A stretch of 63,685 nucleotides of DNA, counting the filler, from Chiloscyllium plagiosum (Eukaryota): NCBI RefSeq assembly GCF_004010195.1. It is 4 parts of one record of this genome, joined end to end, with 100 filler letters (N's around TTAATTAATTAA, not from the genome) between each part and the next. Parts side by side here need not be neighbours in the genome. Positions count along the whole stretch, not along the records: positions 29,768 to 50,584 come from NC_057710.1; 3 more parts are not named here. One strand, written 5' to 3'. Numbering within the stretch: the first letter of the stretch is position 1; every line of letters starts with the position of its first letter. This document shows, one piece after another, positions 36,780 to 49,940 of the stretch. Under the pieces are notes generated by a model. That model saw nothing but the letters and a program-made list of their open reading frames with translations. It had not been told where the DNA came from and ran no database searches. The position numbers were made by a program, and so were the translations under genes.

Positions 36780-38080
36780 ATTAATGATGACTAATTCACT
36801 AAATACTGCCATTCCTGTCCTTCATTTCCACAGGAACATGCACTCTAATCAACTGGTCTTTAAAAGACTCCCAACTATCAGATATAGATTTACCCTCAAA
36901 CAGCTGCTCCCAATCCACTGTCTCCAGTTCTTGACTAATTTGGTTATAATTGACCTGCCAATTAAATATCATCTGAGATCCACTCTTGTCCTTATCCGTA
37001 AGTATCCGAAAATGTATGGTCGCTATTCCCAAAATGCTCCCCCACTGAAACTTTGATCACCTGGCTGGGCTCATTTCCCAATACCAGGTCCATACGATCT
37101 CCTCCTTCACTGGCCTATCCATATACTGTTTTAAAAACTCTCCTGAACTTACCTAACAAACTGCTCTTCACTTAAGACCCTCAGCACTAAAGGAGTCCCA
37201 GTCAATATGGGAGAAGTTAAAATTATTCACTCCAACACATCTTTCACATCTTTCCACACACATACCTCTTCCTTTATCTCCCACTGGCAGCTGAGAAATC
37301 TGTAGTACAATCTCAGCATTGTGACTGCACCCATCTTATTCCTCAATTCTACCCATAATGACTTGCTGCAAGATCCCTCCAGGTGTCCCCCCTCAACACA
37401 GCCGTGATATGCTCCCTCACCAGTCATGCAACTCCCTACCTCTTTTGCTTCCTCCTCTATCTCATCTAACATTGCAGAATGTTAAGCTGCCAATCCTATT
37501 CTTCTTAAAACCATGTCTCTATGATAGCAACATCATAATTGCATGCATTAATCCAGGTTCTAAGTGCATCCATCTGTTATACATCTTACATCAAAGCAAA
37601 TAAAGTCCAATCCTCCAGTTTCGCTGAGCTCAGCGAGCTCTCCCTGACTGCTCTTCCTATTAGTGAGATTTGCCTTAATCTCAAGCTCTTCCCCAGTCTC
37701 TACACTTACTGACCTTCTGCTCTGGTTATAGCTCCCTGCCACATAGTTTAAACGCTCCCGAGTGGCACTATCAAACCCCCCCACCACCTGGATATTGGTG
37801 ACCCTCCAGTTGAGATACAAGCCATCCTTTGTGTCCCATCTACCCTGGAAGACATCTCAATGATCCACATATCTGAAGGCCTCCCCACCCACATCAGCTC
37901 TTTAGCCATGTGTTCAAATGGAGTATGGCTTTGTTCTTAGCCTCAGGAGCATATGGCACAGGGAGTAATCCTGAGATTATTATCCCAGAGGTCCTGCTTT
38001 TCAGTTTACTACCTAACTCCCTGAAATGTCACTGCACTCTTCTGTACCTATGTCATTTGTGCCAATATGGACAATGACTT
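36780..38080 (-). mobile_element. Old CR1 5' portion (endonuclease/ORF1)
   Basis: SLWVELRNK.GAVTML.LYYR (37227..37472). Confidence 0.7.
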
Positions 38081-39212
38081 CTGAAGATTGTCTGTCCAGG
38101 AATGAGCTTTGCAAATAATTATGAGGAGAATTGGTTAGGAGCAAGAACCGAACACTCTTGAAGCTGAAGAGATGCTCAGTTTAGTATATGCACGTTTCTT
38201 GCCCCACACTCTGGAGAACTAAGGAAAGTACCCAGCAAGTTATGCATGTCCTCCTGACGAGGGACAGTGATGGAATTTTCATTTGTTAGTCTTTCATAAA
38301 ATGTGCCTATTGCTGGCAAGTTATTGCCTGTGGTCAGTTGCTTTGGAGAAGGTGGTGATGAGATGCCTTCTTGAACTGCTGCAGTCCAAGTGTTGTAAGG
38401 ACACCCACAATGCTGTCAGTGAACAAATTCCATATTCAGTCCAGTTGCCAAATGAAAGAAATTACTTCACCCACGCACATGCTCATTGAGATGAAAATGA
38501 CACCAGGCTCTTTCACCAAGTTCACTGGCTGTGACATCCAATTCTTTATGACAAAGATTTCCAGCAGTGAATTGTTAGCATCAGTTCCCCACTGCATTCT
38601 CCACTGCGTATATGTACCTTGCTTGTTTCCATGGTGCTACTGTGTTGATTTAAATCAGAAAGGCTAGGAATCATGCTTGCTTCCTTTGAAGTAAATTTCT
38701 GGTTAAGAAGTAAAACAGTGTGATGGTTACCACACAAAATGGTATTGTAATTAGTTTGACAGCCCTTTAGCTTTAGCAGCTTGTCTCTAAGCTCATTTAA
38801 TAAAGGAAGTCAGGAGTGTTGTGGCGTGGCTGCTCAGCTCACAACGCTGAGAATATAAGATCATGTTATGCCATAAAAATGTGAGGATTTGAAGACACAT
38901 TAATCCAAAGATTGTATTTTTCTGAAATGGTTGTAAAATCTCAATTGATTTGTTAATATCTTTTTGTGAAAGTAACCTGCTGTTTTTGTTTATTCTAGCC
39001 TATATGAGACCTATATGTCACTCCAGTCTCACCAAAACATGGTTGGCACATAACTGCCCCTGATATTGCTCATTATGCCACCAGCTGTATCAAAATCGGA
39101 ACAATAAATGATAAACCTTAGCAGTGACTCCCACAAATTAAACAAACAATGGAAGACTTTTAAAATGTGGATTTTTAACAGTGGTCATCGTTTTGGGGGA
39201 GATGTGGCCAGT

Positions 39213-41420
39213 TATACAGTCATAGAGATGTACAGAATGGAAACAGATCCTTCGGTCCAACCTGTCCATGCCGACCAGATATCCCAACCCAATCTAGTCC
39301 CACCTGCCAGCACCTGGCCCATATCCCTCCAAACCCTCCCTATTCATATACCCATCCAGATGCCTCTTAAATGTTGCAATTGTACCAGCCTCCACCACTT
39401 CCTCTGGCAGCTCAGTCCATACATGTACCACCCTCTGTGTGAAAACATTGCCCCTTGGGTCTCTTTTATATCTTTCCCCTCTCACCTTAAACCTATGCCC
39501 TCTAGTTTTGGACTCCCCAACCCAGGGAAGAGACTTTATCTATTTATGCTATCCATACCCCTCAAGATTTTAGAAAGCTCTATAAGGTCACCCTTCAGCC
39601 TCCGACACTCCAGGGAAAACAGTTCCATCCTATTCAGCCTCTCCCTGTAGCTCAAATCCTCCAATCCTGGCAATATCCTTGTAAATCTTTTCTGAACCCT
39701 TTCAAGTTTCACAACATCTTTCCGATAGGAAGAAGAACAGAATTGCACGCATAATTCCAAAAGTGGCCTAATCAATGTCCTTTACAGTTGCAACATGACC
39801 TCCCGACTCCTGTACACAATACTCTGACCAATAAAGGAAAGTATACCAAATGCCTTCTTCACTATCCTATCTACCTGCGACTCCACTTTCAAGGAGCTAT
39901 AAACCTGCCCATCCCTGAGCCATGTTTCTGTAATTGTTATGATATGTGGGTGGCACGGTGGCACAGTGGTTAGCACTGCTGTCTCACAGCGCTAGAGACC
40001 CGGGTTCAATTCCTGCCTCAGGCAACTGACTGTGTGGAGTTTGCACATTCTCTGTGTGGTTTCCTCCCACAATCCAAAAATGTGCAGGTTAGATGAATTG
40101 GCCATGCTAAATTGCCAATAGTGTTAGGGGAAGGGGTCTGGGTGTTTTGCGCTTCGGCAGTTTGGTGTGGATTTGTTAGGCCGAAGGGCCTGTTTCCATG
40201 CTGTAACTAATATAATCTAATCCCAGTCTCATGTTCCTGACCATACCTTGAGTTCACTTGGTAGGCCTCTTGCATTGAAATAAATGCAGTTCATCTGTCC
40301 TACTTTGTTCCTGACTGTTTGACTCGCGTCGTTTCTCAACTATACCAGTCTCAGGTTGATCTCTTTCCTCACAATCTCCCTGAGTCTCAACCACCACCTC
40401 ACTAGTTTAAATCCTATTGAGCAGCTCTAGCAAATTTCCCTGCCAGTATATTCGTCCCCTTCCAATTTTGGTGCAATCCGTCCATCTTGTGCAGGTCACT
40501 TCTACCCCAGAAGAGATTCTAGTGATCCAAAAATGTGAATCCTTCTCCCACACACCAGCTCCTCAGCCATGTTTTCATCTGCTCTCGCCTCCTATTTCTA
40601 CCCTAACTCGTTCGCAGCACCGGGAGTAATCCAGATATCACTACACTCGAGGACTTCCTTTTTAAATTCCTGCCTAATTCTCCATATTCTCCCTTCAGAA
40701 TATCATCCTTTTCCCTTCCAATGTCATTAGCTCAATGTGTACAATGACCTCTTGCTGGGCCCTCTCCCCCTTGAGAACATACTGCACCCTCTCTGAGACA
40801 TCCTTGATCCTGGCACCAGGGAGCAACACGCCAATCTGCTTTTTCTCTGCTGGCCACAGAAAGGTCTGTCTGTGCCTTGGACTAGAGAGTCTTCTAACAC
40901 AATTGATCTCTTGGAACCCAACGTACCCCTCATTGCATTACAGCCAGTCTCGATACCAGAAACCTGGCTGGTCGTGCTACATTAACCTGAGAATCCATCA
41001 TCCTCTACATTTTCCAAAACAGCATACTTGTTTGGAATGGGGATAGCCACAGAAGACTCCTGCATTACCCGCCTCCCTCTCTTGCCTTTCCTGGAGTTAA
41101 CCCAACTATGTGACTGTATCTGTAACTTTTCTCCCTTCCTATAACTGCCATCCATCACATCCCCTTGCTCTTGTAAATTCCTCATTGCTCCTAACTGTCT
41201 CTCCAACCTATCCATTCGATAGGATTCAAAACCAACAGCATTTATTGCAGATATAATCCTCAGTACCACGTAAACTCTCACTAAACTCCCACATCCGATA
41301 AGAAGAGCATATCACTCTACTAAGGGCAATTTTTGCTTCTTCCAATCTACAGATCCAGAAAATAGCACTGTCTTATGGCTTGTATTTTTAAGGTTAATCA
41401 AGAAAGATCCCAGTCTACTC
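39213..41420 (-). mobile_element. CR1 3' end (39213-39900) abutting CR1 5' part (39903-41420), nested HE1 SINE at 39948-40220 (+)
   Basis: ORFs 39294..39775 are ORF2 C-terminal; 40727..41281 are ORF1 (EDSLVQGTDRPFCG; RMDRLERQL). Confidence 0.85.
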
Positions 41421-42275
41421 ACTACTGCAAACTGATTGTAAGGTCTCCAGCTGAGGTGTCTGTTGAAACTGGTCAAGCCCCAAAGACAGCTAATAGGTGG
41501 TCACAGTTTTTTATCGTGATGGCTTAACCTTGTTTGATGGGATAGATTTACAGATAGATAAAAAGGGGCCAGTGCATCCTCTGAAGGTCCTGGTTACATT
41601 GCTGATATAGAACAATGGAAGTGGAGAACATAGGCCAATGCTTTGTTTGGAACAGCTGAGGAATCTGGTTGTTGGTGGTGAGGGAGAGGGGGTGTTGAAT
41701 GGGGGCTGCTTGCTGTACATAGATTAGCTACCATGTTTATTACATTACATCAGTGACTTCAAATCATACTTGCTTAGCTTTAAACTGCTTTTGGAAGCCC
41801 CTGAGGTCATGTAAGATATTGTACAAGTTCACTTCTTCCCTCATGTGAGCTTTACTTTCATAAATTGAACATATCTGCAACCGATTGTTATTGACCTATT
41901 CCCTGACCTCGGATTGTCAATTCATTTCTTCAGGCTCTCACATTCAAGCTTCAAATACTTGTGTTGCTTCTAAGCTTCTCTCCCCCAAACACAATGTAAA
42001 ATTTAATTAAATTATAATTGCTGCTACTAAGAAGTGCCTTCATCAGGATTTATTAATTAATCCTATCTCATTGTACAACACCAGGTGTAACATAACTTAC
42101 TCTCCGGTCAGCTCCAGAATGTGATTTTCTTTAAAAGCTTTCCAGAAACTTTCTATGAACTCCTCTTCTGGGCTACCTTCAGCCATCTGATATTCTCAGT
42201 CCAGATGTAGATTAAAACCTCCCACGATTATAGTGAGTTTTGAGAAGATTTGTAGGCCGGGGTTGGAGGATTTCA

Positions 42276-42583
42276 ATTAGATTAGATTACTTACAGTGTG
42301 GAAACAGGCCCTTCGGCCCAACAAGTCCACACCGACCCTCCAATGAGCAGCCCACCCAGACCCATTTCCTTACATTTACCCCTTCACCTAACACAATAGG
42401 CAATTTAGTACGGCCAATTCACCTAACCTGCACATTTTTGGACTGTGGGAGGAAACCGGAGCACCTCGAAGAAACCCACGCAGACACGGGGAGAACGTGC
42501 AAACTCCACACAGACAGTTGCCTGAGGCGGGAATTGAACCCAGGTCTCTGGCGCTGTGAGGCAGCAGTGCTAACCACTGTGCC
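42276..42583 (-). mobile_element. HE1-like V-SINE inserted in a CR1 3' fragment
   Basis: Reverse complement of the full SINE with (ATTAG)n tail; CR1 text GGGTTGGAGGATTT..ATTTGAGCTACAGG flanks it. Confidence 0.88.
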
Positions 42584-42589
42584 ATCCCT

Positions 42590-43035
42590 ATATTTGAGCT
42601 ACAGGGAGAGGTTGAACAGGCTGGGGCTGTTTTCCCTGGAGCGTCGGAGGCTGAGGGGTGACTTTATAGAGGTTTATAAAATCATGAGGGGCATGGATAG
42701 GATTAATAGACAAAGTCTTTTCCCTGGGGTGGGGGAGTCCAGATCTAGAGGGCATAGGTTTAGAGTGAGAGGGGAAAGATATAAAAAAGACCTAAGTGGC
42801 AACCTTTTCATCCAGAAGCTGGTGCGTGCATGGAATGAGCTGCCAGAGGAAGTGGTGGAGGCTGGTACAATTGCAACATTTAAAAGGCACCTGGATGGGT
42901 ATGTGAATAGGAAGGGTTTGGAGGGATATGGGCCAGATACTGGCAGGTGGGACTAGATTGGGTTGGGATATCTGGTCGGCATGGACGGGTTGGACCGAAG
43001 GCTCTGTTTCCGTGTTGTACATCTCTATGACTCTG
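42590..43035 (+). mobile_element. CR1 3' end
   Basis: LSYRERLNRLGLFSLERRRLRGD..KRHLDG. Confidence 0.9.
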
Positions 43036-43225
43036 TGAATCTTGTAGAAACCACAGGAAATTACATCACCACAGAAAATGACATCACCAATCCAAGGAAA
43101 CCCAAACATATACATAGAAGGCGGGCTACACCACCAGTGCTTCATCCGGAGGCTCACTGAAGATGTTATGGCGACGAGGCATCTGAAAATGAACCTTCCA
43201 GCTCAGCAAGCAAACCTACATTCAC
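43036..43225 (+). mobile_element. PLE-type terminal repeat (family E) with decayed hammerhead
   Basis: TCA CTGAAGA T GTT ATGGC GAC GAGGCAT C TGA at 43154-43186; downstream CTTCCAGCTCAGCAAGCAAACC resembles family A. Confidence 0.45.
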
Positions 43226-43709
43226 TCCCATGATTACTGACATTCTTTCTGACAAGCTCTCATTATTTCTTCTTTTATACTCCATTCTATTGTTGGTTAC
43301 AATTAGGGTGCCTAGACATCACTCCCATCAGTGACTTCTTGCCTGTATCATTTCTCATCTTTAAGTAAACTGTTTCTACATCCTGGTTTCCTGAACGCAG
43401 GTCACCCCCCCCCCCCCCCCCCCCCCAATTTGTTAATACAGTAAACCTTTTATCATCTGGCACTTTTGAGACCAGGAGTGTGTTGATTGATCAAATATTC
43501 CAGGTAATCAAGAAGTCCATAAAATCAATGTAAAAACACACACTAAGTAATAGAAATATAATGTAGGGGGTATTCACATCACTGTTATACTTTATTTACA
43601 ACGTAAATTACTTAAATAATAATGCAACTTTTTGGTATTTGAGATATATCATTTTTGCAGTTTATCAAGAGTTCTGGTTCATAAGGTGTCAGTTAAAACA
43701 AAGTTTTCT

Positions 43710-44640
43710 GTACCATCATTAACTAACAGAGTCACCCTCCACCTTTTCCTCATCTCTGTCCTTCCCAAATGTCCTGTGCTGTTCAAAGTTTGGGTCCCAA
43801 TCCATGTCATCCTGCAGCCATGTTTCTGTAATGGCTACCAGATTGTACTTTTCATTTTTATTTGCATTTGGTTTGTTTGTTTTGCTTTGGATGCTATGTG
43901 CATTCAGATAAAGAGCCTTTAGTTGTACCATTTGATTCTTTTCGTAAATTCTCATCTTACTTGTGAGTTTACTCTGCAGTTTGTAGACTATATACCTTCC
44001 TGTCACATTCTGTTTATTATTCCCCACATTAATATTGCCTTGATTCTACTCTTTAATTTTCCATGTTTTCCTAAATTTGTTTAAAATCTTCTCTACATCT
44101 CTAACAATACAGTTGCAAAGAATGCTGACCCAAGCATGGTTCAGGTGGAAACTATCCTATCGGTATGTATCCCTTTTCCCCAGTACCTCACAAACTAGAA
44201 ACCACTTCTCCCATACCGGTCTTTGAAGTACGTATTCATCTCTCTAATCTGATTCTTCCTTAGTCCCAATTTGCATACGGCTCAGGTTATGGCCTCCCCG
44301 CTGCATGAATGGTTTCCTGTGCCATGGTGCCACATTCAATAAGATCATCCATCCTGCAGCCCTCACTATCCTCCAGACAAGCTGAAAAAACCTCAAATCT
44401 GCTGGTCATTGCAAAGTCTGTGGATCTTGCCCTCTGGATCCACTTACCTGCTTGAGTCACAATCATATTCTCCTGCTGACCTCAGACTAAACCAGACAAA
44501 TAAATCTAAGACATGTGATTGCCCATGAAATTTCCCTCTCCTGATACATCATAGCATCTGAGCTAAAATAAATAATGAGCTAAAACTATTTGCAATTCAG
44601 ACATTCGTTGCAGACCCAGTTTGCTCTGAACCACACCGAC
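43710..44640 (-). mobile_element. Old CR1 5' portion
   Basis: LKALYLNAHSI..YNLVAITETWL (43719..44027) is the APE N-terminus. Confidence 0.7.
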
Positions 44641-45249
44641 ATTGACAACTGCCACAGCTGTGACATACCAGCTATCCTGACATTCTTAACCTGCAAAATT
44701 AATTACTTCGTGGTTTTATTCAATTATAACGACTTAATTTTTAAAATATATTTCATTGACATTACCCTAATGGCATTCTGGGTCAACCCACAGCAGTTCA
44801 ACAGGGCAATGGTTCAAGCAGACAACTCACCACCACCTTCTCGAGGGCAACTAGGGACAGGCAATAAGTGCTGGCCCAGTCAGTGATGCCATGTTCCACA
44901 AGTGAAGAATAGCTGAAGATCTAGCAAGAGCCCTACGTTGCCATTGAAAGGGAATGCTAGTCGGGGAAGGGGAGGGGGTTGGGGCTTTGCTGGAATCAGG
45001 GAACCTGCTGATGGAAACCCCAGGCCCCAGGAGCTGACAGCCACCCACTGGCTGCCACCTATTCCTCGCCAGTGTGAGCGCACGCTGCTGCTGGCAATGC
45101 ACTCTGCGGAACTCCAGGATTAGTGAGGGACCCCGAGGCAATAGCGTGTGAGGAAGCGGAATGGTAGTGGGGGGACACAGGAAGCATTAGTAGCAGGGAC
45201 ATCTTAGTGGATCCCTTCTGTTAGCAGTGCCGTGTCCCATTATCAGCCT

Positions 45250-47010
45250 TAGAATATAGGGCATAGAACATTACAGCACAGTACAGGCCCTTCAGCCCTC
45301 GATGTTGCGCCAACCTGTGAAATCAATCTGAAGCACATCTAACCTACACTATTCCACTTACATCCATACATTTATCCAATGACCACTTAAATGCCCTTAA
45401 ACATGGTGAGTCTACTACTGTTACAGGCGGGGTGTTCCATGCACTTACTAGTCTCTGAGTAAAGAACCTATCTCTGGCATCTGTTCTATATCTATCATCT
45501 CAATTTAAAGCTATTTCCCCTTGTGCTAGCCACCACCATCCAAGGAAAAAGGCTCTCCCTGTCCACCTTATCTAACCCTCTGATTATCTTATATGTCTCT
45601 ATTAAGTCACCTCTCAACCTTCTTCTCTCTAACGAAAACAGCCTGAAGTCCCTCAGCCTTTCCTCATAAGATCTTCCTTCCATACCAGGCAACATCCTAG
45701 TAAATCTCCTCTGAACCCTTTCCAATGCTTCCACATCCTTCCTATAATGTGGTGACCAGAACTGTAAGCAATACTCCAAGTGCACTGCACAGTTTCGTAC
45801 AGCTACAACATGACCTCATGGTTACGAAACTCAATTCCAATACCAACAAAAGCTAACACACCATACTCCTTCTTAACAACCCTATCAACTTGGGTGGTAA
45901 TTTTCAGGGAACTATGCATATGGTCACTGAGATCTCTCTGCTCATCCACACTATCAAGAATCTTACCATTAGCCCAGTACTTCCATATTCCTCCTTCTAA
46001 AGTGAATCACCTCACATTTTTCTGCATTAAAATCCATTTGCCACCTCTCAGCCCAGCTCTACAGCTTATCTATGTCTCTCTGTAACCTGCAACATCCTTT
46101 CGCACTATCCACAACTCCACCAACCTTAGTGTCATCCACAAATTTACTGACACATCTTTCTACGCCCTTATCCAGGTTATTTTTAAAAATGACAAACAAC
46201 AGTGGTCTCAAAACAGATCCTTGCAGTACCCAACTAGTAACTGAACTCCAGGATGAACATTTCCCATCAACCATCACCCTCTGTCTTCTTACAGCAAGCC
46301 AATTTCTGCTTCAAACTGCTAAATCACCCTTAATCCTATACCTCCATATTTTCTGCAATAGCCTAGCATAGGGAACTTTATCAAACGCTTTACAGAAATC
46401 CATATACACCACATTAACTGCTTTACCCTCATCCACCTTTTTGATCATCTTAAAGAATTCAATAAGGATTGTGAAGCACGACCAACCCTTCACAAAACTG
46501 TGTTGACTATCCCTAATCAAATTATCAGATGGTTATAAATCCTATCTCTTATAATCTTTTCCAACACTTCACCCATAACCAAAGTTATGCTCACTGGTCT
46601 ATAATTACCAGGGTTGTCTCTACTCCCCTTCTTGAACAAGGGGACAACATTTGCTGTCGTCCAGTCTTCTGGCACTATATCTGTAGACAATAACAATATG
46701 AAGATCAAAGCCAAAGGCTGTGCAAACTCCTCCCTAGCCTCCCAGAGAATCCTAGGATAAATCCTATCTAACCCTGGGGACTTAACTATTTTTACACTTT
46801 CCAGAATTGGGAACACCTACTCCTTATAAACCTCAATCCTGTCTAGTCTAATAGCCTGTATCTCAATATTCTCCTCAACGTTGTCTTTTTCCTATGTGAA
46901 TACTGATGAGAAATATTCATTTAGCGCCTCTCCTATCTCGCCAAGCAACTCCGCACACAACTTCCCACTGCTGTCCTTGACTGTCCCGAATCTTACTCTA
47001 GTCATTCTAA
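45250..47010 (-). mobile_element. CR1 ORF2 (RT through 3' end), frameshifted
   Basis: PEDW..ANVVPLFKKG..PGNYRPVS; VYMDF.KAFDKVP; QGSVL.PLLF; KFVDDTK; LEYCLQFWSP. Confidence 0.92.
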
Positions 47011-47275
47011 TCTGTGTGGAGTTTGCAGATTCTCCCCATGTCTGTGTGTGTTTCCTCCGGGTGCTCCGATTTCCTCCCACAATCCAAAGATGTGCAGGTT
47101 AGGTGAATTGGCCACGCTAAATTGCCAATAGTGTTCAGGGACGTGTAGGCTAGGTGCATTAGTCAAGGGTAAACACAGTGTAGGGGAATGGATCTGGGTG
47201 GGTTACTCTTTGGAGGGTCGGTGTGGACTTGTTGGGCCAAAGGGCCTGTTTCCACACTGTAGGAATTCTCATTCT
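47011..47275 (+). mobile_element. HE1-like SINE (5' truncated)
   Basis: V-domain and tail. Confidence 0.8.
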
Positions 47276-47374
47276 AATTCCTTTATTCCTGACATACCTA
47301 TAGACCCAGAACTTCGCAGGCACACTTTACATAGTTCACTACCACTGAGAGATATGTCTCCATTCATGCTGCTA

Positions 47375-48305
47375 GACCATAGTCATATAAATTACAGCAC
47401 AAAAACACACCCTACGGTTCAACTCATCCTTGCCAATCAGATATCTTAAATTAATCTCGTCCCATTTAGAGTCATAGAGATGTACAGCATGGAAACAGAC
47501 CCTTCGGTCCAACCTGTCCATGCTGACCAGATATCTCAACCCAATCTAATCCCACCTGCCAGCACCTGGTCCATATCCCTCCAAACCCTTCCTATTCATT
47601 TACCCATCCAAATGCCTTTTAAATGTTGCAATTGTACCAGCCTCCACCGCTTCCTCTGGCAACTCATTCCATACACGGACCACCCTCTGTGTGAAAACAT
47701 TGCCCCTTAGGTCTCTTTTATATCTTTCCCCTCTCACATTAAACCTATGCCCTCTAGTTCTGGACTCCCCGACCCCAGGGAAAAGACTTTGTCTATTAAT
47801 CCTATCCATGCCCCTCATAATTTTGTAAACCTCTGTAAGGTCACACCCTTCAGCCTCCGACACTCCAGTGAAAACAGCCCCAGCCTGTTCAGTCTGTTCT
47901 GAACCCTTTCAAGTTTCACAACATTATTTCGGTAGGAAGATGAGAATTGCTTGCAATATTCCAGCAGTGATCTAACCAATGTCCTGTACAGCCGCAACAT
48001 GACCTCCCAACTCCTGTACTCAATACTCTGACTGATTTGCCAGCACTTGGCTCAAATCTCTCCAAACCTTTGCAACTCATATACCCATCCAGGTGCCTTT
48101 TAAATGTTGTAAATGTACCAGCTTCCACCACCTTCTCTGGCAGCTCATTCCATACACGCACCACCCTCTGTATGAAAACGCGGCCCCTCGGGTCCTTTTT
48201 AATTCTTTCTTCTCTCACTAAACCTAGGCCCTCTAGCATTGGACTCTCCTATGCTGAGAAAAAGACCACTGCTATTCACCTTATCTCTGTCCCTCATGAT
48301 TTTAT
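47375..48305 (-). mobile_element. Nested CR1 3' ends
   Basis: ORFs 47600..47863, 47815..48000, 47916..48239. Confidence 0.85.
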
Positions 48306-48325
48306 CAACCTGTGAAGTGGCTTGT

Positions 48326-48415
48326 GGCTTGTTGGTCTAGGGGTATGATTCTCACTTTGGGTATTCTACCACGCAGACTTGCGAGAAATCCTGGGTTCAA
48401 ATCCCTGACAAGCCT
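48326..48415 (+). tRNA. tRNA-Pro: tRNA-Pro(TGG)-like gene or pseudogene with 18-nt intron (48362-48379)
   Basis: GGCTTGT TG GTCTAGGGGTATGAT T CTCAC TT TGG G [TATTCTACCACGCAGACT] T GCGAG AAATC CTGGG TTCAAAT CCCTG ACAAGCC T; matches eukaryotic tRNA-Pro; acceptor stem 7/7, one mismatch each in anticodon and T stems. Confidence 0.8.
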
Positions 48416-48427
48416 GCCTTTCTTAAG

Positions 48428-48707
48428 GGGTGGCACAGTGGTTAGCACTGCTGCCTTACAGCACCAGGGTCTCAGGTTCAATTCCAGCCTTGGCCAACTG
48501 TTTGTGTGGAGGTTGCACATCCTCCCTGTGTCTGTGTGGGTTTCCTCCCACAGCCACAAAGATGTGCAGGACAGGTGAATTGGTCATGCTAAATTGCCCC
48601 TACTGTTAGATACATTAGTCAGAGGGAAATGGGTCTGGGTGGGTTACTCTTGGGAAGGTCAGTGTGGATTTGTTGGGCCGAAGGGTCTGTTTCCACACTG
48701 TAGGAAA
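48428..48707 (+). mobile_element. HE1-like V-SINE
   Basis: GGTGGCACAGTGGTTAGCACTGCTGCC head, B box, V-domain. Confidence 0.85.
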
Positions 48708-48899
48708 TTTAAAACAGTTAAGTTTTTCCAGCATGCTGTGTCTGTTTCACATTTCCAGTATCCATAGTTATTTTGAGTTCATGAGAGGACAGGCACAGTT
48801 CCTACCTGGTACCCTCATCCCACCTCGTCAAATAAACCCACTCCTCCAACTCACCTCAGGGTGGGGCAGTCCTTTTGGTCACCACAAGTTGCATTTACA

Positions 48900-49940
48900 C
48901 TGATTAGAGCAGGCCCAATAAACTCACCCTGATTTTCCCGGCAAATCGTTTCAGTTTCTGGTAGCAGGATTGTCTAAGATCATATGGTGGGCACAGCCTC
49001 CCAGATAAGTAGGAGGGGGAGGAGGGAATGTGTAAAAAAAAAGGCGCAGGATCGTGGTGCGTGTGTGTGTGTTTGTGCTTTTGCACAGGGGGCCCCAGCA
49101 CAGAAAGATCCAGGACTGGGCACTCACTGATGCATTTAGGACCTGGACAAGTGCTGTGAGCACTTCCTAAACACAAAGTCATGCTTGAGCTTGTACCTCA
49201 GAGCTGAGCCAAGCGGAGGGGAAAAGATACAACATAATTCAGCCAGCAAATCGACTGACCAAAACAAAAAAATCCCTGGTCCAAAAAGAAGGCTTTGTGG
49301 ACAAGAGAAGGCGTGTTCGTTTGCGGGTGTGAGGGAATGTGAACCTATAAATCCCCTGTACATTTTTTTCTCTCTCTCCCCTCAGCCACACAGAACATTC
49401 CTGTTTGCTGACGCTGATTTCTCACAGCAGAGAGCAGGCAGACAGCGCTGGCTGGCTACGTGCGTTAAAGTCTTTCTGCGAGACCACCTCTCCTCCTCCT
49501 TCACCCACATGTGCAGAGATTAATCAGACAAAAGTGAGAAGGGCCCCCACCAGAATCACGACGTTATTTATTTATTTTTTGGAAGGGGGGGGGGAGGTGG
49601 GGTTTAAAAACAAAACAAGTGCAACCTTAAATCGAGAAGGAAGGTTTGAACAGCAGCGGCAGCCTGCTCTGTCCGGGTGAGCCTTGCTATTCCTGTCACT
49701 GAGTCTGTCTCGCTACCTCTGTAATCCATCCCAGAGCTGGAGAGAGAAGGAGAGAGCGCTACGTTCATTACTACTGCATAATTTACAAAATAAACCACAC
49801 ACATTTTAATTTCTGCAAGACAAAATACTGCGGACAGGAACGATTTATTTCGCTTTCGTGTTACAGAACGAGTTGCAATTTTGGTGAGTTTTCAGGTGTA
49901 TCTTTTAAAAATATATATATTATTTTGCAGGAATGTAATT
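48900..49940 (+). promoter_or_regulatory. Probable host promoter / non-coding first exon
   Basis: Repeat-free and CpG-richer; TATAAA 49346; GGAATG/CATTCC at 49025, 49334, 49396, 49930; donor-like CGG|GTGAGC (49677) and TTG|GTGAGT (49884). Confidence 0.45.

Noticed and set aside
42240..42956. 238-aa ORF
   Set aside because: Chance fusion of an antisense SINE with a CR1 ORF2 tail.
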